Shown in pieces: positions 55,328 to 64,000 of a stretch of 64,000 nt of DNA; position 1 is the stretch's first letter; each line of letters opens with the position of its first letter. Below the pieces are notes generated by a model. The model was not told the DNA's origin. It ran no database searches and saw only the letters and a program-made list of their open reading frames with translations. This DNA is from an uncultured Candidatus Rokubacteria bacterium (GTDB taxonomy: Bacteria; Methylomirabilota; Methylomirabilia; Rokubacteriales; CSP1-6). The stretch covers positions 1 through 64,000 of the forward strand of contig CAVVEU010000008.1 of assembly GCA_963747235.1 (NCBI GenBank), written 5' to 3'. Made by a program: the position numbers and the translations under genes.

Positions 55328-55618
55328 ATGGCGCGATACCGGATCATCCAGTGGCGCGATCTCCCCTCGCTGGTGGAGGCGATGGACGGCGAGCACACCG
55401 TGCGCGTCCCGCTCTCCCAGCGCTTCCAGGACCTGATCGACGCCCTGGCCATGCGCGAGGGCGCCACCGAGAGCGAGGCCTACCTGGAAGGCTGGGCGCC
55501 GGGCCCCGAGACCGAACGCCCCGGCGACGCCGAGACGGTCGCCCGCGAAGTCGCCGCCGAGCTGGAAGAAGGCTTCCAGGACCTCGTCACCCGCCGCTTC
55601 CTCGGCCCACCCCGCTAG
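55328..55618 (+). CDS. 'Virulence factor' (Cvf/PF13769-like) domain protein
   Basis: WRDLPSLV, LSQRFQDLIDALAMR.G and AYLEGW pattern. Confidence 0.78.
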   Translation: MARYRIIQWRDLPSLVEAMDGEHTVRVPLSQRFQDLIDALAMREGATESEAYLEGWAPGPETERPGDAETVAREVAAELEEGFQDLVTRRFLGPPR

Positions 55619-55671
55619 CTCGCCGGGCCCGAGCTCCGAGCCTCGGCCCTGAGCTATACTCCGCCAAGCCA

Positions 55672-55875
55672 ATGAAGGCCGCGGAGCTGCTGGTCGCCTG
55701 CTTCCTGCTGTTCGGGGCGTGCCTCGTCTGGCCGCTGCTCGCCATCGCCAACCACCCCGTCCTGATCCTGGGGGTGCCCGCGCTGGTGCTCTACCTCTTC
55801 GCGGTCTGGGCCGCCATGGTCGCGGTCCTGATCGCGCTGGCCCGGCGCCTCCGCGCGCCCGAGGAGGAGTCGTGA
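55672..55875 (+). CDS. Small two-TM protein accompanying the SLC5 kinase
   Basis: WPLLAI...ILGVPALVLYLFAVW; stop overlaps GTG of the next gene. Confidence 0.75.
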   Translation: MKAAELLVACFLLFGACLVWPLLAIANHPVLILGVPALVLYLFAVWAAMVAVLIALARRLRAPEEES

Positions 55876-58800
55876 GCGGCCTGTCGCCCACCGCGCTCCT
55901 CTCCATCGTCCTCGGCTACCTGGCCTTCCTCTTCCTGGTCGCGTCGGTGGCGGAGGCCTTCGCCCCGCGCCTGGCCCGGGGCCGCCCGGCCACGCTGATC
56001 TACGTGCTCGCCGCCTCGGTGTACTGCACCGCGTGGACCTTCTACGGCAGCGTGGGCCTGGCCGCCAACCGCGGGCTCGAGTTCCTGACCATCTACCTGG
56101 GGCCGGCCTGCGTGGCGCTCCTGTGGCCGGTGCTGCTGCGCAAGCTCGTGCGGGTGTCCAAGGAGCAGCGCATCACCTCGGTCTCCGACTTCATCTCGAG
56201 CCGCTACGGCAAGTCGGCGTCGCTGGGGACGCTGGTGGCGGCCCTGGTGGTCTGCGGCATGATCCCGTACATCGCGCTGCAGCTGAAGGCGGTGTCCGCG
56301 TCGTTCCGGATGATCCTCCGGGAGGAATCGGTGCTCGAGGTCTTCGACCCGACCCTGGTGGTGGCGGTGACCCTCGCCCTCTTCGGCATCCTCTTCGGCG
56401 CGCGCAACCTCGACTTCACCAAGCGGCAGACCGGCCTCATGACCGCGGTGGCGGTGGAGTCGGTGGTCAAGCTCCTCGCCTTCCTCCTGGTCGGCGTCTA
56501 CGTGACGTGGGGGCTCTTCGGCGGGTTCGCCGATCTCTTCGGCCAGGTGGCGGCGAATCCCGAGCTGTCGCGCCTGCTCACCCTCGACCAGGCGGGCACC
56601 GCCTCCTACGCGCGCTGGACCGCCATGCTCGTGATCTCGATGCTGGCCGTGATGTTCCTGCCGCGCCAGTTCCACGTGCTGGTCGTCCAGAACCAGCGCG
56701 AGCGCGACGTCAACGCGGTCTCCTGGTCCTTCCCGCTCTACCTGTTCCTGATCAACATCTTCGTGCTGCCGATCGCCTTCGCGGGCCTGCTCGTCTTCCC
56801 GGAGGCGGGCGCGCAGGCCGACGGGTTCATCCTCCGCCTGCCGCTGGCCTTCGACAGCCAGCTCATCTCGGTGCTCGTGTTCCTGGGCGGCTTCTCGGCG
56901 GCCACCGCCATGATCGTGGTGGACTCGCTCGCCCTGTCCAAGATGATCACCAACGACATCATCCTGCCCATGCTGCTGCGGCGCCGGCGCATGGAGGACA
57001 TCTACTGGATCACCCTCTTCTACACCCGCCTCGCGATGCTGGCGGTGGTGGCGCTCGGCTTCGCGTGGGCGCGCATGGAGCACGGCCAGCTCCTCCTGGT
57101 GGAGATGGGGCTGCTCTCCTTCATCGCGGTGGCCCAGTGCGCGCCCGCCATCCTGCTCGGCCTCTACTGGCGGCGCGGCAACCGCCGGGGCGCCTACGTG
57201 GGAATCTCGGCCGGCTTCTTCGTGTGGTTCTACACGCTCATCCTGCCGGCCCTGGGCAAGGAGGAGATCTTCGGCGCCTCGTTCCTGGCGGACGGGCCGT
57301 TCGGCCTGTGGCTGCTGCGCCCCACCGCATTCCTCGGGCTCGAAGGGCTCGATACCATCAGCCACGGGGTCTTCTGGTCCTTCTTCTTCAACGTGGGGCT
57401 CTTCGTGGTGGTGTCGCTGCTCACCGAGCAGGACGCCGACGATCGGGCCCAGGCCGCCGCCTTCGTGGGGGTCGCGGTCGAGGACAAGCCGGCCCCGGGC
57501 GCGCCCGCGATCCTGTCCGCGCCCGAGATCGAGCGGCTCGTCCATCACTACGTCGGCGACGAGGACGCGGAGGCCATCGTGCGCGAGCTGTTCGGCGCCA
57601 AGGCCCCCGCCGATCTGTCGGTGCCCGAGCTGCTCGAGATGCGCATCCGCTTCGAGCGCATCCTCGCCGCCTCGCTGGGCGCGGCGGCCGCGCGCATCAT
57701 CGTGGAGGACCACTTCACGATCTCCAAGGAAGAAGCCCAGCAGCTCGTCACCTCCTTCCAGCGCATGCAGCAGTCCCTGCGGGTCACCGAGGAGGAGGTC
57801 AAGCGCGGCGAGCGGCTGCTCGCCTCGGTGGTCGAGAGCGTGGACGACTGCATCTTCACCGCGGACACCACCGGCCGGCTCGTGACCATGAACCCGGCGG
57901 GGCGCCGGCTGCTCGGCTACGAGCTCTTCGAGGTGAGCCGGCTCCGCTACCCGGACCTGCTCGCCGCGGACGAGCGGGGCGGCGCGGGCGGCATCGTCGC
58001 CGCGCTCGAGGTCGGGCGCGGCTGGAGCGGGCAGGTGACCGGCCGCCGCGGGCGGGGCGACGTCTTCCCGGCCCACCTGGCCCTGACCGCGCTCTTCGAC
58101 GACCGCGGCCAGCGCATGGGCACGGTGGGCGTGCTGCACGACCTGACCGAGCAGGTGGAGACGCAGCGGCGGCTGATCCACCGCGAGAAGCTGGCGTCGC
58201 TCGGCGAGATGGCGGCGGGGGTGGCCCACGAGATCCGCAATCCGCTGGGCGGGATCAAGATGGCGACCAACCTGCTGTCCTCCCCGGAGGTGGACGGCAG
58301 CCCCTTGTCGCAGGAGATGGCCCGGTCCATCCTGTCCGGCATCGGCGAGATCGAGGGCATCATCAACAACCTCCTGGACTGGACGCGGGACGCGCGGCTC
58401 GAGCGCAACGAGTACGCGCTGGCGCGCATCCTGGACCCGGTGGTGGAGGCGGCGGCGGGCGAGGGGCGGGCCCGGGGCGTCCAGGTCGGCTACGGGCGGC
58501 TCGAGCGCGAGGTGGTCGCGGTGGTGGACGGCCAGAAGCTCCGCCAGGTCTTCACCAATGTCATGAAGAACGCGGTGGAGGCCATCGAGCCGCGTCGGGG
58601 CGCCGGCCGCGTCACGGTGGATCTCTTCGCGGAGGGCGACCGGGCGGTGGTCGAGGTGGTGGACGACGGCGTCGGGATCTCGCCGGAGGACCGCGACAAG
58701 ATCTTCCTGCCCTTCTTCACCACCAAGCCCTCGGGCACGGGCCTCGGCATGTCCATCGTCAAGAAGATCGTGGACCTCCACGCGGGGGACATCGCGATCG

Positions 58801-58886
58801 AGAGCGCGCCGGGCCGCGGCACGCGGGTTCGCATCTCATTCCCGGCGGTGGGCGCGGCCCAGCCGGTGGCTGGAGGCACTCCATGA
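55872..58886 (+). CDS. SLC5(SSS)-STAC-PAS histidine kinase (CbrA/CrbS-like)
   Basis: SVYCTAWTFYGSVG, SDFISSRYGK, PYIALQLKA, LPRQFH, GGFSAATAM, STAC-like ERILAASLGAAAAR, PAS, AHEIRNPL and G-boxes. Confidence 0.92.
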   Translation: MSGLSPTALLSIVLGYLAFLFLVASVAEAFAPRLARGRPATLIYVLAASVYCTAWTFYGSVGLAANRGLEFLTIYLGPACVALLWPVLLRKLVRVSKEQRITSVSDFISSRYGKSASLGTLVAALVVCGMIPYIALQLKAVSASFRMILREESVLEVFDPTLVVAVTLALFGILFGARNLDFTKRQTGLMTAVAVESVVKLLAFLLVGVYVTWGLFGGFADLFGQVAANPELSRLLTLDQAGTASYARWTAMLVISMLAVMFLPRQFHVLVVQNQRERDVNAVSWSFPLYLFLINIFVLPIAFAGLLVFPEAGAQADGFILRLPLAFDSQLISVLVFLGGFSAATAMIVVDSLALSKMITNDIILPMLLRRRRMEDIYWITLFYTRLAMLAVVALGFAWARMEHGQLLLVEMGLLSFIAVAQCAPAILLGLYWRRGNRRGAYVGISAGFFVWFYTLILPALGKEEIFGASFLADGPFGLWLLRPTAFLGLEGLDTISHGVFWSFFFNVGLFVVVSLLTEQDADDRAQAAAFVGVAVEDKPAPGAPAILSAPEIERLVHHYVGDEDAEAIVRELFGAKAPADLSVPELLEMRIRFERILAASLGAAAARIIVEDHFTISKEEAQQLVTSFQRMQQSLRVTEEEVKRGERLLASVVESVDDCIFTADTTGRLVTMNPAGRRLLGYELFEVSRLRYPDLLAADERGGAGGIVAALEVGRGWSGQVTGRRGRGDVFPAHLALTALFDDRGQRMGTVGVLHDLTEQVETQRRLIHREKLASLGEMAAGVAHEIRNPLGGIKMATNLLSSPEVDGSPLSQEMARSILSGIGEIEGIINNLLDWTRDARLERNEYALARILDPVVEAAAGEGRARGVQVGYGRLEREVVAVVDGQKLRQVFTNVMKNAVEAIEPRRGAGRVTVDLFAEGDRAVVEVVDDGVGISPEDRDKIFLPFFTTKPSGTGLGMSIVKKIVDLHAGDIAIESAPGRGTRVRISFPAVGAAQPVAGGTP

Positions 58887-60269
58887 AGCGACGGCTCCTG
58901 CTGGTCGAGGACGACGAGGTCTTTCTCCGGCCGCTGCACCGCACCCTCGAGCTGAAGGGCTACGAGGTGGTGCCGGTCCACAGCGCGGAGGAGGCGCTCG
59001 AGTCGCTCAAGGCCGAGGACGTGGACGTGGTGCTCACCGACCGCCGCCTGCCCGGGATGGACGGCGTCGAGCTGGTGCGGCAGATCAAGGCGGAGCATCC
59101 GGACCTGGCGGTGGTGGTCATGACCGCCTACGGCACCATCGAGTCGGCGGTCGAGGCGATGCGGCTCGGGGCCGAGGACTACCTGGTGAAGCCGTTCGAG
59201 GCGGCCGAGCTGCTGCTGGTGATCCGGCGGGCCATCGAGTTCCAGGAGCTGAAGTCGGCGAACCGCCGGACGATCCGGCGCAACCAGGAGCGCTTCACGT
59301 TCGGCAACATCGTGGCGGCCAGCGCGGGCATGCAGGCGGTGTTCGACCTGCTGCGCTCGGTGGTGGATCTGGATACCACCGTGCTCATCCACGGGGAGAC
59401 CGGCGTCGGCAAGGAGCTGCTCGCGCGCTCCATCCACTTCTCGGGGGCCCGGCGCGACCGGCCCTTCGTGGCGGTCAACTGCGCGGCCATCCCCGCCGAG
59501 CTGTTCGAGTCCGAGCTGTTCGGCTCCCGGCGGGGCGCCTTCACCGGCGCCACCGAGCACCGGCGCGGCCACTTCCAGATGGCCCACGGGGGCACCCTGC
59601 TCCTCGACGAGATCGGGGAGATGCCGCTGCATCTGCAGAGCAAGCTCCTGCGCGCGATCGAGGAGAAGAAGGTGACGTCGGTGGGCGCGGATCGCTCGGT
59701 GGACGTGGACGTGCGCTTCATCGCCACCACCAACAAGGACCTGCAGGTGGAGGTGGAGCACGGGACCTTCCGCCGCGACCTGTTCTACCGCCTCTCGGTC
59801 ATGCCGGTGCGGGTGCCCGCGCTGCGCGAGCGCCCGGAGGACATCCCGCTGCTCGCCCGGCACTTCGTGGAGCAGGCGGGGCGCCGCATCAAGAAGGCGG
59901 TGCGCGACATCTCGCCCGGAGAGCCTCGGGGCGCTGATGCGGTACCCGTGGCCCGGCAACGTGCGCGAGCTCGAGAACGTCATCGAGCGCGCGGTCATCG
60001 TGGCCACCGGCGACATCCTCGCGGACCTGGAGCGCTTCCTCGCGCCGACCGGCGCCCACGCGCCGGTGGATCTGTCGCTGCCGTTCCGGGACGCCAAGGC
60101 CCGGGTGGTGGAGGACTTCGAGCGCGCCTACATCGACGGGCTGCTCAAGAGCCATGGGGGCAAGCTCACCGCGGCGGCCAAGCACGCGGACATGGATCCC
60201 AAGAACTTCTCCGACAAGATCCAGCGCTACGGCCTGCGCCGCTCCGCGCCGGAGCCGCCCCCCGCCTAG
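58883..60269 (+). CDS. Sigma54-dependent NtrC-family response regulator; frameshift near 59920
   Basis: VEDDE, TDRRLPG, GETGVGKE, GAFTGA and [10 protein letters not shown]. Confidence 0.92.
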
Positions 60270-61501
60270 AAGAACAGGACGGTCACGAGCGCGAAGAGCG
60301 GCAGCAGGACCGCGCCGCTGTAGGCCATGTAGCCGAAGAAGCTCGGCATGCGCACGCCGGCCGATTCCGCGATCGCCTTGACCATGAAGTTGGGGGCGTT
60401 GCCGATGTAGGTGTTGGCCCCCATCGCCACCGCGCCCACGCTGATGCCGGCCAGGATCACGTGCGGCACCCCGACCACCTCGGCGGGCAGCCCGAGGCTC
60501 TGGGCCAGCGCGAGGAACGTGAGATACGTCGGCGCGTTGTCGAGGAACGACGACAGCACGCCGGTGGCCCAGAAGAACTGCCAGGGCTGCCGCACGCCGA
60601 GCTCGCCGCCGCGCGTGTGCAGCAGCTCGAGCGCGGGGATCATGGTGAGGAAGATCCCCAGGAAGAGCACCGCCACTTCCACCATCGGGCCCGCGGTGAA
60701 GTGGTTCGCCCGGCGGATCGTCTTCGGCGTCCGCCACAGGGAGATGCCGGCCAGGACCAGGATGGCGAGCTCGCGCACCGGCGCGTGCAGGAAGGCCACC
60801 GCGGCCACCACGCCCGCGAGCCAGGCCCCGTTGAGCGCGCCGCGGATCCGGAGCGGCTCGATCTGGGTGTGATCGCGCCGGAGCGCCGCCTTCGTCTCGC
60901 GCGCGTGCTGGCGCGAGTCCCAGACGTGGTACAGCAGCAGCAGCGCCGCGGTCATGGTGAGCCAGGGCCCCCACAGCCGCAGCGTCCACGCGAACGGGAC
61001 GCCCTGCAGGTAGCCGAGGAAGAGCGGCGGATCGCCCAGCGGGGTGAGCATGCCCCCGATATTGGAGACCAGGAAGATGAAGAACACCACGGTGTGCGTG
61101 ACCCGCGCCCGCTCCCGGTTGGTCTGCAGCAGCGGCCGGATCAGGAGCATGGAGGCGCCGGTGGTGCCGACGAGGGAGGCGAGCAGGCTGCCGGTGGCCA
61201 GGAAGGCGGTGTTCACGAGCGGGGTGGCCTCCAGATCGCCGGTCAGGCGGACGCCGCCCGCGATCACGTAGAGCCCGGCGAGGAGGATGATGAACGAGAC
61301 GTAGTCGGTCGCCATGTGCACGAGCGCGCCGGGCTGCCGGGCCAGGTAGAGGACCAGCACCGGCGCCCCCAGCCCCGCGGCCACCACCAGCTTGCTCCGG
61401 TTCGACTCCCACCAGTGCGGCAGCCAGAGCGGGAAGAGGGCGATGGCGAGGAGCATCGCGACGAAGGGCAGCACGGTGTAGAGCGGCAGCGCGGTCGGCA
61501 C
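60266..61501 (-). CDS. Putative sodium:proton antiporter / ion-transporter superfamily permease
   Basis: GTTGASMLL, NIGGMLTPLGDPPLFLGY, SSFLDNAPTY and TYIGNAPNFMV. Confidence 0.85.
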   Translation of the reverse strand: MPTALPLYTVLPFVAMLLAIALFPLWLPHWWESNRSKLVVAAGLGAPVLVLYLARQPGALVHMATDYVSFIILLAGLYVIAGGVRLTGDLEATPLVNTAFLATGSLLASLVGTTGASMLLIRPLLQTNRERARVTHTVVFFIFLVSNIGGMLTPLGDPPLFLGYLQGVPFAWTLRLWGPWLTMTAALLLLYHVWDSRQHARETKAALRRDHTQIEPLRIRGALNGAWLAGVVAAVAFLHAPVRELAILVLAGISLWRTPKTIRRANHFTAGPMVEVAVLFLGIFLTMIPALELLHTRGGELGVRQPWQFFWATGVLSSFLDNAPTYLTFLALAQSLGLPAEVVGVPHVILAGISVGAVAMGANTYIGNAPNFMVKAIAESAGVRMPSFFGYMAYSGAVLLPLFALVTVLFF

Positions 61502-61597
61502 GCGGCGATCTTACTCCCTTGAAGTTGCGGGGCGGATGGTTTAGAAGGGGAGCGGCGCGGCGACGCGCCGATCCTCACCCGAGAACGAGGTCCCCCA

Positions 61598-63551
61598 ATG
61601 GCCAGCGAGACCAAAGGCAGCAGCGCCGTCGAAGCCCTCCTGAAAGAGAAGCGGCGGTTTCCCCCGCCGAAGGAGTTCGTCAAGCACGCCAACGTCAAGA
61701 GCCCGTCGATCTACAAGGAGGCGGCCAAGAATCCGGCCCGCTTCTGGGAGCGCTTCGCCAAGGAGCTCGACTGGTTCAAGCCCTGGAAGACGGTCGTGCA
61801 GTGGAAGGCGCCCCACGCCAAGTGGTTCGTGGGCGGCAAGCTGAACGTGGCCTACAACTGCCTCGATCGTCACGTGGCCACCGCGCGCAAGACCAAGGCC
61901 GCCATCATCTGGGAAGGGGAGCCGGGCGACACGCGGGTGCTCACCTACTGGGACCTCTACCGCGAGGTCAACCGCTTCGCGGCCGCGCTCAAGCGGCGCG
62001 GGGTCAAGAAGGGCGACCGGGTCACCATCTACATGCCGATGGTGCCGGAGCTGCCGATCGCGATGCTGGCCTGCGCGCGCATCGGGGCCCCGCACAGCGT
62101 GATCTTCGGCGGGTTCGCCCCCGAGGCGGTGCGCGACCGCATCCACGACGCGGAGTCCACCGTGCTCATCACCGCCGACGGCGGCTTCCGCCGCGGCGGC
62201 ACGGTGGCGCTCAAGAAGAACGTGGACGAGGCGCTCAAGGAATGCCCCGACGTGAGCACCGTGATCGTGCTCAAGCGCACGCGCCAGGACATCGACATGC
62301 AGGCGGGGCGCGACATCTGGTGGGACGACTTCGTCAAGGACGCGCCCGCCTACTGCGCGCCCGAGAAGATGGACTCCGAGGACATGCTGTACCTGCTCTA
62401 CACCTCGGGCTCCACCGGCAAGCCGAAGGGCATCGTGCACACCACCGGCGGGCTACCTCACCGGGGTCTACGCGACCACCAAGTGGATCTTCGACCTGAA
62501 GGACACCGACGTGTACTGGTGCACCGCCGACATCGGCTGGGTCACCGGCCACTCCTACATCGTCTACGGGCCCCTCGCCAACGGCACCACCACCGTGATG
62601 TACGAGGGCACGCCGGACTATCCGGACAAGGACCGCTTCTGGCGGATCGTCGAGAAGTACGGCGTCACCATCTGCTACACCGCGCCCACCGCCATCCGCA
62701 CCTTCATGCGCTGGGGCGAGGAGTATCCCGAAGCGCTGCGATCTCTCGAGCCTCCGCCTGCTCGGCTCGGTCGGGAGAGCCGATCAACCCCGAGGCCTGG
62801 GTCTGGTACTGGAAGGTCATCGGGGGCGGCCGCTGCCCGGTGGTGGACACGTGGTGGCAGACCGAGACCGGCCACATCCTGATCACCCCGCTGCCCGGGA
62901 TCACCACGCTCAAGCCCGGCTCGGCCACCCGCCCGTTCCCCGGCATCGAGGCCGACGTGGTCAACGACCGGGGCGAGTCCGCCAAGGCGGGCTACCTCGT
63001 GCTCAAGAAGCCGTGGCCGGGCATGCTGCGCGGCATCTACCGCGACCCGCAGCGCTTCGTCGACCCAGTACTGGAGCAAGTACCCGGGCATCTACTTCAC
63101 GGGCGACGGCGCCAAGATCGACGAGGACGGCTACTTCTGGCTGCTCGGCCGGGTGGACGACGTCATGAACATCTCGGGCCACCGCGTCTCCACCATGGAG
63201 GTGGAGTCGGCCCTGGTGGACCACCCGCACGTGGCCGAAGCCGCGGTGATCGGGCGGCCCCACGAGATCAAGGGGCAGGCGATCGCGGCCTTCGTGACCA
63301 TCAAGGACGGCACCAAGCCCTCCAAGGAGCTGATGGAGGAGATCAAGGGGCACGTGACCAAGAAGATCGGGGCCCTCGCGCGGCCCGACGACCTGATCTT
63401 CGCGGCGGACCTGCCCAAGACGCGCTCCGGCAAGATCATGCGCCGCCTGCTGCGCGACATCGCCGAGGGCAAGGCGCTGGGGGACACGACCACGCTGGCC
63501 GACCCGGCCGTCGTCGCCACCCTCAAGGAGAAGTACGGCGAGGAGGAGTAG
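61598..63551 (+). CDS. acs: Acetyl-CoA synthetase; several frameshifts (about 62450, 62730, 62770, 63060)
   Basis: [55 protein letters not shown] and [12 protein letters not shown]. Confidence 0.95.
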
Positions 63552-63557
63552 GCCGGG

Positions 63558-63600
63558 CCCTTGGTACTGGTGCCAAGATCGCCGGGTGCCGGTACCAGGG
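63558..63600 (+). terminator. Hairpin downstream of acs (terminator-like, no U tract)
   Basis: CCCTTGGTACTGGTGCC...GGTGCCGGTACCAGGG pairs with G.U on the plus strand. Confidence 0.45.
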
Positions 63601-63661
63601 AGGGGCCGGTCCGCGCCGCGGCTCCGCGCATGGAATTGGCCGGTTGGGCCGCGCGACGACC

Positions 63662-63677
63662 TGGCATCCTTCGTGCT
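63662..63677 (+). promoter_or_regulatory. Putative sigma54 promoter
   Basis: TGGCAT-CCTTC-GTGCT (GG-N10-GC), 13 nt before ATG 63691. Confidence 0.55.
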
Positions 63678-63690
63678 GCGCCTCCCGCCG

Positions 63691-64000
63691 ATGCGTTGCC
63701 GGCGGATCGTGTTGATGATTGCGCTTTGCGTGACCTTCGACTTGACGAATCCCTTCGTCGGGTCCGCCTTCAACTTCAATGCCGACGAGACCATGGACGG
63801 GGTGGCGCGCCAGCATGAGCCGCTCCTCCATCAGGCCGGCGTGGTGCCGCTTCCGAGGCCCTCGGGCGGGGACGAGGCCGCGCTCGCCCGATCCGTGCGC
63901 ACCTGGGTGTTCCCGTCCCGCGCGCTGGGCGAGTGGTTCGTGCAGCTGAGGCAGGCTCACGCCCCGCAGTCCGATCCGCAGTCGCCGACCGAAGACCACT
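63691..64000 (+). CDS. Small exported/membrane protein ending ...SPTEDH; frameshift near 63720; stop at window edge
   Basis: MRCRRIVLMI/ALCVTFDLTNPFVGSAFNFNADETMDG...RQAHAPQSDPQSPTEDH. Confidence 0.5.
   Translation, partial: MRCRRIVLMIALCVTFDLTNPFVGSAFNFNADETMDGVARQHEPLLHQAGVVPLPRPSGGDEAALARSVRTWVFPSRALGEWFVQLRQAHAPQSDPQSPTEDH

Noticed and set aside
55328-55618. 'Virulence factor' name implying pathogenicity
   Set aside because: A family label only; context points to corrinoid/C1 metabolism.
56033-61522. 1829-aa ORF and other long Arg/Gly/Ala-rich or antisense ORFs (e.g. 2932..6645, 55791..58781)
   Set aside because: Shadow frames typical of very high GC DNA overlapping well-supported genes; only the embedded regulator segment is real.

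Overview
A 64 kb chromosomal window from a high-GC bacterium, gene-dense and mostly housekeeping or metabolic. Gene content and the small lineage-type proteins suggest Candidatus Rokubacteria/Methylomirabilota, but that is an inference. About 25 otherwise intact genes carry single-base frameshifts, most likely long-read consensus errors, so I joined the ORF fragments by hand. Contents in order: fabF fragment, PfkB and lipid kinases, UvrD-RecB-type helicase-nuclease, CyaC-type heme/ferredoxin cyclase plus a HugZ-like gene, a carbamoylase/hydantoinase/MmgE cluster, a Dpp-type ABC transporter, amidases, three sigma54 two-component systems, PepN, rpsU, a split cobalamin methyltransferase operon with yitJ, a DUF169-MtaA/UroD fusion, a CbrA/CrbS-type SLC5 kinase and acs. 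No rRNA, tRNA, CRISPR array or transposase was recognised. The most unusual signals are: (1) strand-specific loss of cytosine at synonymous sites around GC-rich palindromes/REP-like hairpins, with the affected strand flipping with hairpin orientation; (2) a modular corrinoid methyl-transfer system linked to persulfide metabolism and an unusual DUF169-MT2 fusion; (3) pervasive apparently leaderless genes, including rpsU.
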